Of a stretch of 64,000 nt of DNA, positions 9,961-22,783 are shown one piece after another. The translations under genes and the position numbers were made by a program. Origin of the DNA: Terrimicrobiaceae bacterium (GTDB lineage Bacteria; Verrucomicrobiota; Verrucomicrobiia; Chthoniobacterales; Terrimicrobiaceae); contig JBGSVZ010000085.1 in assembly GCA_041752695.1 (NCBI GenBank), forward strand, positions 32,001 through 96,000. Direction: 5' to 3'. The notes under the pieces were generated by a model. The model was given only the letters and a program-made list of their open reading frames with translations. It was not told the origin of the DNA and did not search any database. Within the stretch, counting starts at the first letter, position 1; each line of letters starts with the position of its first letter.

Positions 9961-10401
9961 CTACACCGCAATATCTTCGTGCCAGAGCTCCGGGCGCGCG
10001 TTGATGAAGTCGGTCATCATGGCAACACACTCCTCGTCGTTGAGCACACTTAACTCCACCCCTTTGCTCCGCAGCCAGTCTTCTGCGCCCAGGAAGGTCA
10101 CGTTCTCGGCAATGACAATCTTGGGGATTTTATAGAGCAACGAAGTGCCGCTGCACATCGGACAGGGCGAGAGGGTGGTGTAGAGGACGCACTCGCGATA
10201 AACAGAAGCCGACTGCCGTCCGGCGTTTTTAAAAGCGCTCATTTCTCCGTGGAGGAGCGGGTCGTCCAACTGCACCCTCATATTATGGCCACGGCCGATG
10301 ATTTTGCCCTGATGAACAATCACCGAGCCAATGGGAATGCCCCCCTCCGCCAGCCCCAGTTTCGCCTCATCAATTGCCGCCTGCATAAACGCATCCCTCA
10401 T
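9961..10401 (-). CDS. Cytosine/nucleoside deaminase (CDA fold, yeast Fcy1-like)
   Basis: EGGIPIGSV; Zn motif HGE...YTTLSPCPMC; C-terminal PELWHEDI. Confidence 0.9.
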   Translation of the reverse strand: MRDAFMQAAIDEAKLGLAEGGIPIGSVIVHQGKIIGRGHNMRVQLDDPLLHGEMSAFKNAGRQSASVYRECVLYTTLSPCPMCSGTSLLYKIPKIVIAENVTFLGAEDWLRSKGVELSVLNDEECVAMMTDFINARPELWHEDIAV

Positions 10402-10472
10402 GATGCGGAGGAAAAAACATTCCTCAGAAAAAGTCGAGCCCCCTCGAAAAGGAAGAAAGGCTTTGACGAAGG

Positions 10473-12821
10473 TTAAGCCCCCGTCCGTCGTCCGTGGAAA
10501 AAACGCCAGAGCACGGGCTGGAGGTAGATCACAATGAGGGCGTCGAGGGCGAGGCCGAGCGCGCAGGTGCGGCCCAGGCTGGCCAGTCCGTAATTCGATG
10601 CCCAACTAATGGATCCAAACCCCACCGCCGCAGAAGCCGCGCATAAAAAAATCACGCGACCCATGGTAATTTGCGCCTCGCGGGGATCCCCCAATTTGCC
10701 ACGCAAGGCCAGGGTCATGTGCAGCGGATAATCCACGCCCGTGCCTAAGAGGAGGAGGATGGCGGCCATGTTGAAAAAATTCCACTCCATCCCCAGCATC
10801 GCCATCGCCCCGGCCAGCGAAAGAAAAACCAAGGCCATCACCCCAGCCATCAGGCCCACATCGCTGACTTTGCGAAACCCAAAAAACAACAGCCCCAAGG
10901 TCACCGCAACAAGGATCCCCACCAGCCAGACAAACTCGCGCGGAACGGTGCGCTTGAGTTCCGCCCCGAGCTGTTTCCAACTCACGACAAACACCCCTTC
11001 CTCGCGGAAGGCCGCCAGAGCCTCCTCACGGTCCGGCGCGGGACGAAGGATGCCGAGCGCGACCCATCCGTCCGCTCCCCGGCTCGCCACCCGGCGCAGG
11101 AGCCATTCGCTCGATGGGTTCGAGGGCCAGATGGGCGGAGCCTCCGCCAACCATTTGCTCCACAACGCGGCCGCATTGCGGGTAAGGGCAAAGGCGTCTT
11201 CGGAAAAACCCGCCGTCTCAAACGCTTCTCGCAGTCTCGCAAGATCACCGGCCAGCGGCTGGACAGTTTCCAGATTTCGACTCTGCCGTGCGGCATCCGG
11301 CCAGATCGGTTCGGGCGAGGTGTAGAGCGAATCAGGACCACCGGTTTCGCGCAGGGCACCGTCGATTTTGCGCAACCGTTCCAACACCTGGACTTCGTCG
11401 CGCCCGGTTACCAGCACGCTGAGCAAGTTGGTTTGATCGGAGAGTCTTGCGTAAAGCCGGTCGAGAGCTTTGTTGGCCGGACTGTGCCGCGGCCGCAAAG
11501 CCTTTGTGCTATCGTCAATCGTCGGCCCGCCCGCCGCGATCAGCCCGCCAATCAAGACTAAGACAAGGGCGCCGGTGCACCACGCCCCGATCTGCAGAGC
11601 CCACGACGACCAAAAGGCGGCCGCGAGCGCCGACGGTTGCGCGGGCCGCCATTTCAGCCGCGCGACGAGCGGGGCAAAAAGAAAATACATCACGAACGCT
11701 CCAATGACCACGCCGAAACCCACGAGATTTCCCAGCTGGGAGAGGCCGGGCAGGCTGCTCGCGTTCAGCAGGAAAAACGCCGCCGCCGTGGTGAGCGCAG
11801 CCCAGAAAATATTCGGCCGGCAGCGATTCCGTAGATCCTTCGTGCTTCCGCCGTGTTCCACCCATTGCTGATAAAGGAGGTAGCCGTAATCGACACTCAG
11901 CCCGATCATAATGGCCGCAAATCCCACCCCCATGACAGTGAGGTCAGAGAGGAACAACCCCGCCGCCGCGAGCGAGAGCACAAAGATCAGCACGAGCATG
12001 AGCACCAGCGCCGCGAGAGGCTTGAACCGCCGGTAACAGAACCAGAAAATGGCCGCAATGATCACCAAGGCGACCACGCCGGACGATTTCATGTCAGCCT
12101 CCATGCCCCGCGAGATCTCCGCCATGAAAGCCGGTTCGCCCGTGATGCCAAGTGTGACGCGCTGGTCTTGGTTCCAGTCCTCAGCAACGGCGCGGACCTC
12201 GTCCACCCAGCGGATGGTGTCGCGGTAATCGTTCAGTTTCGGCGCGGCATCGAGGTAGAGCACTCGAAATCTTCCATCCTCCGAGGCAAACTCCCCCGGA
12301 GCCCCCCTGGCGGTTTTCTCCAATCCGTCCAGCGCTTCGCTGAAACGCAGCGGATCATAACTCAGTTGTACCACCTCGACGGGGGAAACGGTTTCCGCGA
12401 GCTGTTCGAGGGATTCCTGCAAGGTCTGCGCCACCCGTTCCGGCAAGGCGCGCTCCGCGGCGGCGCGCACTTTTTCAGGCGGGGCGTTGAGCAAAAGATA
12501 GGCGGCGAGTTCGGAAAGTTCCTCCGGCTGGGTTTCCCACCGCGGTCGATAGGTCACGCGCGCCACCAACTCGGGGCGACACGCAAAGACCGCCGCAAGC
12601 TCGTCCGCGGCCCGGGTGGCCTGTTCCGCGTCATTTGCCTCGATCGTGACGAGCAGTTCGTCGGTGCGGGCGAAATGTTTCAAAAAAAGCGAAAGCCCCT
12701 CAGCCTGCCGCAGGTTGGCCGGCAACATCTTGAAGACATCCACATCGAAGGAGATGCGGGACAACCCGAGCGCCGTCAGCCCGACCAGCGCCACCAGCGC
12801 GGCGATCCTAACGGCCCGCAT
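10473..12821 (-). CDS. MMPL/RND-family lipid exporter
   Basis: Two repeats of TM, periplasmic loop and TM bundle; GLSVDYG and GTGVDY motifs. Confidence 0.85.
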   Translation of the reverse strand: MRAVRIAALVALVGLTALGLSRISFDVDVFKMLPANLRQAEGLSLFLKHFARTDELLVTIEANDAEQATRAADELAAVFACRPELVARVTYRPRWETQPEELSELAAYLLLNAPPEKVRAAAERALPERVAQTLQESLEQLAETVSPVEVVQLSYDPLRFSEALDGLEKTARGAPGEFASEDGRFRVLYLDAAPKLNDYRDTIRWVDEVRAVAEDWNQDQRVTLGITGEPAFMAEISRGMEADMKSSGVVALVIIAAIFWFCYRRFKPLAALVLMLVLIFVLSLAAAGLFLSDLTVMGVGFAAIMIGLSVDYGYLLYQQWVEHGGSTKDLRNRCRPNIFWAALTTAAAFFLLNASSLPGLSQLGNLVGFGVVIGAFVMYFLFAPLVARLKWRPAQPSALAAAFWSSWALQIGAWCTGALVLVLIGGLIAAGGPTIDDSTKALRPRHSPANKALDRLYARLSDQTNLLSVLVTGRDEVQVLERLRKIDGALRETGGPDSLYTSPEPIWPDAARQSRNLETVQPLAGDLARLREAFETAGFSEDAFALTRNAAALWSKWLAEAPPIWPSNPSSEWLLRRVASRGADGWVALGILRPAPDREEALAAFREEGVFVVSWKQLGAELKRTVPREFVWLVGILVAVTLGLLFFGFRKVSDVGLMAGVMALVFLSLAGAMAMLGMEWNFFNMAAILLLLGTGVDYPLHMTLALRGKLGDPREAQITMGRVIFLCAASAAVGFGSISWASNYGLASLGRTCALGLALDALIVIYLQPVLWRFFHGRRTGA

Positions 12822-13452
12822 CGATCACCCGGAATCCCGCCGTGTCGAACGCGAACGTTCCCGCGGGGAGTTTTTCGTTCACCTGTATATTGGAGAATTC
12901 ATTGCGCAGGGAGGAACCATCCCGAAAGCTCATTTCCAACGAACGCAAATGGCCCGTCTCTGTATCGAAGCCGAGGGCGATCCCGGTGAGAAATCCCTGC
13001 GTGTCGCGCGGTTCGAGTTTCACCCGGCACTCCACGCCTTCCGTGCGCAGGTCGAGAATTTTGAAGCGTTTCTCCAGGTCGGCCCGGCTGCGGACAAAGG
13101 GAAATTCCATCAGACCCGCCTCGCGTTTGCCGAGCTCCACGGCCTCGATTTTCACGACCTGCTTGGCCGGTTCGATCACCCGAATATCGTCGCCCTTGCG
13201 CAGCACGATGGTTTTGGGCGGCGAGCCGACCTCCCACCGAAAATCCCCGGGGGCCTGAAACCACAGCTTTCCCTTGGCAGCCACTGGATTCCGCAGCACC
13301 CGTAGCGCGCGGGTCTGGGTGAAGTCCGCACTCAGCGAACGGATCGCCACCTGCCGCGCGATCCACTGGTCAAGCACGGCAGTGTCCGGCACTGCCGCCA
13401 ACGCGGGTAGCGCCGCCCCCAGACAGACTGAAACCAAGAGACTCCGAAACAT
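12808..13452 (-). CDS. LolA-like periplasmic carrier protein
   Basis: Signal peptide; SLSADFTQTR, GKLWFQAPGDFRWE, FSNIQVN..LPAGTF. Overlaps the MMPL start. Confidence 0.85.
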   Translation of the reverse strand: MFRSLLVSVCLGAALPALAAVPDTAVLDQWIARQVAIRSLSADFTQTRALRVLRNPVAAKGKLWFQAPGDFRWEVGSPPKTIVLRKGDDIRVIEPAKQVVKIEAVELGKREAGLMEFPFVRSRADLEKRFKILDLRTEGVECRVKLEPRDTQGFLTGIALGFDTETGHLRSLEMSFRDGSSLRNEFSNIQVNEKLPAGTFAFDTAGFRVIDAGR

Positions 13453-13531
13453 CCGCGATCAAGAAAGCCGCGGCGGCCGGAGATGCAAAACAATTCCACC
13501 CCGCCCGCCACCGAACGGTTCCCGGTCCTGC

Positions 13532-15124
13532 CTATTCATACGCCGTGCGGAGAAACTCACGGAGAGGCTCCACGTGCAGAGTCGAGCAGCGGAAGGCGAC
13601 ATGGCCGTCTGGACGAATCAGGTAACACCCCCCTTTTTCCATGCCATAACGCCCCGTGATCCGACCGGCGCGATCCTCCAGAAACTCCACGCCGGAAAGA
13701 CCGGACACCCCCACCGGTCCGACCCGCCAGACCTTGATCCACGGCACGTCAACGAAGCTTGCCAGCAACGCCGATTCCTCGCCCGCCGCCGATCCGGGAA
13801 ACACCATGGCCTGGTGTCGAGGCTCCGTGGACCAAAGCTGGAAAAGAGAACGCCCGTCCGCCGTCACTGCCAGAATCTCGGCCGCGCGCTCCCCGGGCCT
13901 GGGTCCACGACTCCCCCAAAAGCTCCCGCTCTCCGCCACGACCGGACTTTGCGGATAACTCACGCCCAGTTCGCTGAGCACCCCGGCAATCTTCTCGCCA
14001 ATGGGCAGCACATGACCCAGCAGCCCCACCGTATGCGGCAAGATGGCCCCCATCACGCCGCTGTGTTTGCTCACCATTTTCGACATCGGCCCGAGGGCAT
14101 CGAGCAGGCGCTTCGCATTGGCGTGCCGCTCGGCATGGTAACTTTCCAGCAAGGCCTCACCCCCCTCACCACGCAAAACCATCGCGAGCTTCCAACCGAG
14201 ATTAAAGGCGTCCTGCATCCCGGTATTCATGCCCTGCCCCCCCGCCGGACTGTGAACATGCGCGGCATCGCCGGCGAGAAAGACCCGGCCCACGCGGAAA
14301 CGCGGGACCAAGCGCGTGTTGATGCTGAAGGTGCTGATCCAGACCGGATCGAACAAACGCATGGAAAACCCCAGCCGGTCGCAGGCCGCCTGCACCGCTT
14401 CGAGAGTGGTTTCCGGAGGCGCTTCCTTCGTCCAACCCTCCGCCGCCACAATCAACCGCCACCGGTCGGCACCCAAAGGCCCGACAAACCCGAATCCGCC
14501 TTCGCCAAAAAATTGATACACACTCTCGCGCGATCGATCCCACGCGATTTTCACATCCGCCGTCAACCACATGACGTCCAACGTGCTGCCTTCCAGGGTC
14601 AAGCCGACACCGTGGCGCACCAGGCTTCGACTCCCATCGGTCCCCACCAGAAACTGCGCGGCCACCGTTTCGGTCGTGCCATCGGAATGCCGCAGGTCCG
14701 CCTCGACTCCCGACGAATCCGGGCGAATCGCCAGCACCTCCACCCCGCGCTCCACCGCGACCGACTTGACTCCCCCGGCCAGCGACTCCTCCAGAAGCCG
14801 CTCGGTCTCCGGCTGGGAAAGGCCAAGCGCAAAGGGAAACCGGCTTTCCAAGTTGGCGAACGTTCCCTTCAGGAACTCCCGCTCCGGCGGTGAACAAATC
14901 GAGGCTTCCCGGATCACGGCCGATTCGCCGATCGCCGCATCCGCCAGCCCCAACCAATCCAGCACCTCCACGGTCCGCGCATGAATCACCGCCGCCCGCG
15001 ACTGTTCGATGCGGTTCAGGTTCTTGTCCACAATCCGAAACGACACCCCATGCCGCCGCAAGGTCGCCGCAAGTGTCAGCCCCACCGGCCCCGCCCCGAC
15101 TATCAGTACGGCTGTCTGCGTCAT
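13532..15124 (-). CDS. FAD-dependent monooxygenase (aromatic-ring hydroxylase class)
   Basis: GAGPVG; VGTDGSRS; LAGDAAHVHSPAGGQGMNTGMQDAFNL; LIRPDGHV. Confidence 0.92.
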   Translation of the reverse strand: MTQTAVLIVGAGPVGLTLAATLRRHGVSFRIVDKNLNRIEQSRAAVIHARTVEVLDWLGLADAAIGESAVIREASICSPPEREFLKGTFANLESRFPFALGLSQPETERLLEESLAGGVKSVAVERGVEVLAIRPDSSGVEADLRHSDGTTETVAAQFLVGTDGSRSLVRHGVGLTLEGSTLDVMWLTADVKIAWDRSRESVYQFFGEGGFGFVGPLGADRWRLIVAAEGWTKEAPPETTLEAVQAACDRLGFSMRLFDPVWISTFSINTRLVPRFRVGRVFLAGDAAHVHSPAGGQGMNTGMQDAFNLGWKLAMVLRGEGGEALLESYHAERHANAKRLLDALGPMSKMVSKHSGVMGAILPHTVGLLGHVLPIGEKIAGVLSELGVSYPQSPVVAESGSFWGSRGPRPGERAAEILAVTADGRSLFQLWSTEPRHQAMVFPGSAAGEESALLASFVDVPWIKVWRVGPVGVSGLSGVEFLEDRAGRITGRYGMEKGGCYLIRPDGHVAFRCSTLHVEPLREFLRTAYE

Positions 15125-15370
15125 GAAGCGGATTTAAGCGATTTGGGTCGAAAATTCCACTCTCAACACAAAAAGTTCGGCATTAATGCAACCGATCGCA
15201 TTTCCATAAACGAAACGCGTGGTTTTCGGAAATTTTCCCTCGTGAAACGAACGCAACCAATTGCTTTTTTATCGGGTTTTTTATCCAAACTTCCGTTGAC
15301 AATGGGCTTATCTTCCCCGATATCCCGGCCTGCCTAATCTTGAGAGCTCCTCTCCAGCCCATTGCGTCAT

Positions 15371-16201
15371 ATGAAAAAAACACACCATCGGAAAACCTTC
15401 AACCTGGGGCTTGGAGCACTCGCGTTGCTCCTAACCAGCTTTCTCCCCGGAGTCAGCCAGGCGCAGACTTATTTTTTCACCCAAGGGGCTGCCACCACTG
15501 CCACCAACGTCAATACCTATGTGACCGATGCCTCGGGAAGTGCGCAATTCGCGCTGGGGGCGACGACCCTCGATTTCACCACGGCCACCGCGATCATCCA
15601 GGAACAGGATGCCGCCGTTCTGATCCACGCCTACGTCACCGCAGGATGGACGACACCCGAATTTACTGGAGACTTTTCGCTCGACCAAAGTTTTCCCTCC
15701 TTTTCCGGTAGCCAGGCGTTGTGGATCAATCCCAACGGCGCTCCGGGCTTCGCGGATGCTCCCCTGCCCACGGATCCGCAGACCGTCAGTTCCTGGGGCG
15801 ACGGCACCTGGCAAGTCTCCATCACGTTCAACGTGAGCGACGTGAACCTTTATTCGGGCTTCTTTATTGAGGGCCGCCATTATGCCGACGACGTGGTCAC
15901 GGGAACGCTCAACGGACAGGCGCTCACCCTGCCCTCGGCTAATACGGAAAATGATTGGAACTTCAACCCGCCGGCCGTCAGTTCCATCGCCCTGGATTCA
16001 AGTCTCTTCGTCACGGGAGTAAACACCATTGTCTTCACCATCGACAACACCAACCCGGAAACGGCTCTCAACGAAGGCCCAAGCGGCCTCATGGCCTACG
16101 GCCGCGTCGGAGCCACCCTCGTTCCCGAACCCTCGACCGTCGCCCTGATTGGCCTCGCGGCCGTTACGTTGATCGGACGCCGGCGTTCGCCGCGCCGATA
16201 G
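15371..16201 (+). CDS. PEP-CTERM sorting domain protein
   Basis: Signal peptide; C-terminal VPEPSTVALIGLAAVTLIGRRRSPRR. Confidence 0.9.
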   Translation: MKKTHHRKTFNLGLGALALLLTSFLPGVSQAQTYFFTQGAATTATNVNTYVTDASGSAQFALGATTLDFTTATAIIQEQDAAVLIHAYVTAGWTTPEFTGDFSLDQSFPSFSGSQALWINPNGAPGFADAPLPTDPQTVSSWGDGTWQVSITFNVSDVNLYSGFFIEGRHYADDVVTGTLNGQALTLPSANTENDWNFNPPAVSSIALDSSLFVTGVNTIVFTIDNTNPETALNEGPSGLMAYGRVGATLVPEPSTVALIGLAAVTLIGRRRSPRR

Positions 16202-16222
16202 CGCAATTCCTCACATCGGTGG

Positions 16223-16254
16223 GAAAAAGCCGGAACGCCTGTTCCGGCTTTTTC
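16223..16254. terminator. Bidirectional intrinsic terminator
   Basis: GAAAAAGCCGGAAC-gcct-GTTCCGGCTTTTTC, a perfect hairpin with A/T tracts between convergent genes. Confidence 0.85.
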
Positions 16255-16275
16255 GTTTCCAAAAAACTTCCAAAA

Positions 16276-18777
16276 CTACGCCGTCCCGCGCCAGCGGGTC
16301 ACCGCGATCTCGGCCAGAAACACGACGAGCAACGCGACCAAAAGCCAGCCACCGATCCCGCCGAACTCCGCCGTCCGGGGCGCATTCCAGACTTCGCGCA
16401 GATCGTTGATTTCCCGACCGCCCGAACCCGCACTCACGACACGCAACTCCTCCTGACGTTCCCGGGACAAGCCCCATTCGGGATCGAGCCCAGGGGAGAC
16501 CGGACCGAACGGCCACTTGTCACGTCCGGCCTGTACCACCCCGCGCAGCCACTCGGCCGGGGGCAGGGCCAGGCGGGCCTGATAGCGGCCGGGAGCAATT
16601 TTTTCCCACGGTACCTCGGAGGGTTTACCCGCAGCGCCAACGGCGATAAGGAGCCGGGGAGGATTCTCCGCGAGTTTGCGGGTCCAAGACTCGTCGTGCA
16701 GAAGCTCCAGCACGAGATCATGACCCACGAGGCGTTCGCGCAACCCCGCGCCGGGAGGCGGCACCTCCGGCAATAGCCAGCGAAGGAGAGTGCGTTCAAA
16801 ATCCGCCGCTTGAGGCCAGGCCCGCACCGATTGAGAAAATTCCCCGGCGAGGGGAAACGAAACCGCCGCCGCCCGGCCGGCCCCCCGCTGCCAGAAAGCG
16901 ACGAGGGGAGCTTTGTAGTCGTCCCCACTCACCGCGGCCGCGGCCGCTTCAGGCTTGAGGTAGCTGAGATTATAGCCATCGACCTGGGCCGGCCACGCCA
17001 GCGACCGCGCGGCCAGTTCCTGCCAGCCGCCGGCATCCACCACCGCCACGGGATCGCGCAGAAAGGCCGACCGGGCCACCGCTACGGTTTCCTGCGCAAA
17101 GATCCCGGGAAGTTGCGAGGGGTCGGCATTAAAAAAAATCCGACCATTTCCCCTCGCCGCCACGTCCTCGAGAAAGGCCGCGTCCGCGTCACCCGCGGTG
17201 CCCAGTCCAATCACACTCACCGTGGTGCCCTGCGCGGTCATTTCCGCCAGCAATTCCCGGTAAGCGCCAGGCTCCTCCGCATCCGCGGCGTCCGCAAAAA
17301 GCACGACATGGCGCTGGCCGGCCGGAGAATTTTTCAGCGCGTCCCACGCCGCTTTCAATCCCTGGAAAACAAAGATCCCCCCGCCCGTGCTCTGGATCCG
17401 GCGCACTTCGCTGCCAATCTTCTGGGCATCCCCGCCCACCTTGGTCAGCGGTACGATGGGATGCGCCTCGCTGTCCACCGCAAAAACCGCCACCGCGTCC
17501 GAAGGCCCCAGCAGTTCGACCGCCCGCGCCGCCCCCTCATTGGCCAGATCCATCTTGGTCACTCCCGGACCCGCCCCCGCCGCCATGCTGCCGGAACGAT
17601 CGAGCACAATCGCCATGGCCACAGCAAGCTTGCGATGCTCCTGGCGCAGCTCCATCGAGACCGGCAGCAGCGGATCAAGCGGCGACTGAAAATACCCGCC
17701 CGCTCCGAAACTCGACTTCCCCCCCGCCATCAAAAGCCCCCCGCCCTGAGCTGTGACAAAAAAATCCATCGCCTCCAAAAACTCCGCCGGAATCCGGTGT
17801 GCCGGAACGTTGTTGATCACCACCGCCCTCGCTCCACTCAACAGACCGGGATGCAGTTTTCCCGGATCGGCCACCACCTGCACCCGATTCCCCTGAGCCT
17901 GGAGCACTCCCACCAGCGGATCATCGGCATAAGCCGTCACCAACAACACGCTCTGCCCCTCGTTCACCTCCACCCAGCGCCAGGCGGCATTGTTGCCCGG
18001 TCGCGTGTCGCCGGTCGGAAGGAGCCGTACCTCATACTTCCTGGCTCCCGGTTCCAGGGACCGCGCCGCCGCCCGCAAATGCGCGCGCCCGCCGCGAAAA
18101 CTCATCACCCCCTCGCTGACCCGGCTCCCATCGCTCAGGATTTCGTAAGGCACATCCCCGTCTTGCGTCCCCCTTGCCTGCACCTCGAGAAGAAAGCCCT
18201 CACCCGGACGCACCCGTTCCGGCGCTTTCAGTTCCTCGATCCGGAAATCCTCCCCGCTTTCCGCCGACACGAGCCGAAAATCCAACACCACCTGCGCCTC
18301 GCGCAATTTCCCCGCCAAACCTCCCAGGTCCTCTGTGCTATACCCATCGGTCAGGGCCAGCATCCGCGCCGCCCGGCCCTTTTCCCGCCGCGCCAGGGCA
18401 AACTCCGCCGCCAGCCGCAGCCTCGTCTCACCCAGACCGGATTCAAACGCCGCCGCCGTGCCCCGCTGCACCGGCGACGCTGCAAAATCCACGTAAAAAA
18501 TCCGGTCGTCCGCCCCGCGGTTGTTCTCCAACAACTTCTCCATCTCCGCCCGACGCGGCTCCAGCGCCTCCTGCGCGGAATCCGACCGGTCCAGCAAAAC
18601 CCACACATCCAGCCCCGCCGCCGTGCGCCGCACCTCGGGACGAGCCAGAAAAAGCACCAGCAGCAACCAACCCACCGCCCGCAGCGGCTGCCAAAGACGC
18701 GCGCGAGACACCCACCACGACAGCACCACCAGCACCGGCAGGAGAAGAAACCATTGAGGTGCAGCGAACCGGAGCAT
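16276..18777 (-). CDS. Membrane-anchored double VWA protein with a glutamine amidotransferase-like domain
   Basis: BatA-like N-terminus (FAAPQWFLLL); DRSDS and DRSGSM MIDAS-like motifs; GGGLLMAGGKSSFGAGGY; C-terminal TM. Confidence 0.8.
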   Translation of the reverse strand: MLRFAAPQWFLLLPVLVVLSWWVSRARLWQPLRAVGWLLLVLFLARPEVRRTAAGLDVWVLLDRSDSAQEALEPRRAEMEKLLENNRGADDRIFYVDFAASPVQRGTAAAFESGLGETRLRLAAEFALARREKGRAARMLALTDGYSTEDLGGLAGKLREAQVVLDFRLVSAESGEDFRIEELKAPERVRPGEGFLLEVQARGTQDGDVPYEILSDGSRVSEGVMSFRGGRAHLRAAARSLEPGARKYEVRLLPTGDTRPGNNAAWRWVEVNEGQSVLLVTAYADDPLVGVLQAQGNRVQVVADPGKLHPGLLSGARAVVINNVPAHRIPAEFLEAMDFFVTAQGGGLLMAGGKSSFGAGGYFQSPLDPLLPVSMELRQEHRKLAVAMAIVLDRSGSMAAGAGPGVTKMDLANEGAARAVELLGPSDAVAVFAVDSEAHPIVPLTKVGGDAQKIGSEVRRIQSTGGGIFVFQGLKAAWDALKNSPAGQRHVVLFADAADAEEPGAYRELLAEMTAQGTTVSVIGLGTAGDADAAFLEDVAARGNGRIFFNADPSQLPGIFAQETVAVARSAFLRDPVAVVDAGGWQELAARSLAWPAQVDGYNLSYLKPEAAAAAVSGDDYKAPLVAFWQRGAGRAAAVSFPLAGEFSQSVRAWPQAADFERTLLRWLLPEVPPPGAGLRERLVGHDLVLELLHDESWTRKLAENPPRLLIAVGAAGKPSEVPWEKIAPGRYQARLALPPAEWLRGVVQAGRDKWPFGPVSPGLDPEWGLSRERQEELRVVSAGSGGREINDLREVWNAPRTAEFGGIGGWLLVALLVVFLAEIAVTRWRGTA

Positions 18778-18941
18778 CCCGCCAAGTTCACATGGGCACC
18801 GCCAAAGTGAAAAGACACTTCCGCGACAAACCTCCCCGGAATCGCGTTTACAATAAATGTCCCACCTGGGACATTTATTGTAAACGTCGATCCTGAAAAC
18901 CTTTTCTTCCCGCCGGACGCCGGAGGAGACAAAATCCCCGC

Positions 18942-21456
<2,515 letters not shown>

Positions 21457-21581
21457 ACGGGCCAGTTATCTGGATTTTCCAAGGAAACTGGAAAGACTTC
21501 GGCGGATTCCCTCTGGACGCCAAAGCGCACCGGTGAGGATCTGAGCCAGCCCTCCCCGGTGATCGCCCATTCGGCTCCGCC

Positions 21582-21707
21582 CTATTTGGAGTAACCCATC
21601 GTGGACGAAGAAGACGTCCCCGTGGAATGCGTGGTGGATTTGGAAGCGCACCCCGCGGCGAAAAGGGCAACGGTGGCGAGTGCGAGGAGTGTGGTGAGAT
21701 TTTTCAT
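21582..21707 (-). CDS. Small lipoprotein (41 aa)
   Basis: MKNLTTLLALATVALFAAGC lipobox followed by a Ser/Thr-rich tail; downstream of csbD. Confidence 0.7.
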   Translation of the reverse strand: MKNLTTLLALATVALFAAGCASKSTTHSTGTSSSSTMGYSK

Positions 21708-21750
21708 GTCACGCTCACTTCGCTCGCTAGGGCCGGGCCGGCCGTATGGA

Positions 21751-21936
21751 TTAGAGCCGCCCCAGCTCGTCTCGGATCTCCTCCTTAGTTTTTCCCAGGC
21801 GAGTTTGCAGACGACCGAGGAGTTCCTCTTCCTTGCCTTCCGCGAAGGCGAGGTCGTCATCGGTAAGCTGACCGTACTTCTGTTTGAGCTTGCCCTTGAC
21901 GACGTTCCAATTCCCTTTGAGTTCGAGTTTGTTCAT
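21751..21936 (-). CDS. csbD: CsbD family general stress protein
   Basis: [23 protein letters not shown]...LLGRLQ. Confidence 0.92.
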   Translation of the reverse strand: MNKLELKGNWNVVKGKLKQKYGQLTDDDLAFAEGKEEELLGRLQTRLGKTKEEIRDELGRL

Positions 21937-21997
21937 GGTGATTTTTGGGTTGTGAATCACCAAGAGATCGTAGACCGACGCCAGGTCGGTCGCATTT

Positions 21998-22477
21998 TCA
22001 GGTTTCCGCGAGCAGGGAAATAGGAATTTTCACCACCAGCTTCCTTAATGCCGCCGGTTCCGCCACGGCGACCTTGGGGCGATGCGCTTCGCCGGGGAGA
22101 AAAATCGTAAAATCCCCCGACCGCAAAATCAGTTGAGTCACCGGATGACTCGTGGCGGCAAATTTCTGAGTGTCGGATTCCGGTTTGAAAGCCGTGGGAT
22201 TTCCGAGGGAGGCCACCGGGGCGAGGTCAATCCCTTCGATCCCGTCGATCATATATTGGATGTCGATAGTCGCGGGGTGATTTTCCCAGACGCAGAGCTC
22301 GCGGGCTTGCGTGGTGTATCCATGCACATTGGCAAACCAACCCGACCGACCCAGCTCATGGATTCCTTCCGTCAAGGAACCAAGACTTCGTGAGATCCAA
22401 TGCAGGGACTCGGAAAAAATCGGCTCGTGAATGTACGGCTGCCAGTGCGCTTTTTGGGAAAGAGTGGCCAGGAGCAT
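21998..22477 (-). CDS. YhcH/YjgK/YiaL family protein
   Basis: [33 protein letters not shown]. Confidence 0.88.
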   Translation of the reverse strand: MLLATLSQKAHWQPYIHEPIFSESLHWISRSLGSLTEGIHELGRSGWFANVHGYTTQARELCVWENHPATIDIQYMIDGIEGIDLAPVASLGNPTAFKPESDTQKFAATSHPVTQLILRSGDFTIFLPGEAHRPKVAVAEPAALRKLVVKIPISLLAET

Positions 22478-22481
22478 GATC

Positions 22482-22574
22482 TCAGAGAGGAACCCACCGG
22501 GAGAGAATCCGGTCGGCGGGTTTGGGCTCCGAACGTCGAAAGCATTTCCGCAGCAAAGCGAGGAGGGTTCGCAT
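22482..22574 (-). CDS. Candidate small protein (30 aa)
   Basis: MRTLLALLRKCFRRSEPKPADRILSRWVPL, preceded by TTGATT-N17-TAGGTT-N7-ATG; stops 4 nt before the yhcH-like start. Confidence 0.35.
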   Translation of the reverse strand: MRTLLALLRKCFRRSEPKPADRILSRWVPL

Positions 22575-22638
22575 GGTTTTAAACCTACCCGCGCAACCGG
22601 TCACAATCAAGATTTCCCCGCAAAGAAACCGGCCTTTT

Positions 22639-22725
22639 TTACCGGCTCGAAGTGAGAAATGGCGCAACCACACAGGAAAGACCGAGAAGCGAGAGAAGGG
22701 CGAGGGCGAGAAAAGGGAGGATCAT
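22639..22725 (-). CDS. Candidate small single-pass membrane protein (28 aa)
   Basis: MILPFLALALLSLLGLSCVVAPFLTSSR, preceded by TTGAAA-N16-TATCTT-N5-ATG. Confidence 0.4.
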   Translation of the reverse strand: MILPFLALALLSLLGLSCVVAPFLTSSR

Positions 22726-22783
22726 GCCAAAAGATAATCCACGATCCCCGATTTTCAAATGCCGGGAGAAAAAAGACGGCGCT

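Noticed and set aside
15125..15370. AT-rich intergenic stretch as an ncRNA or foreign DNA
   Set aside because: Adequately explained as a divergent promoter region (TTGACA at 15296-15301). No recognisable RNA structure.
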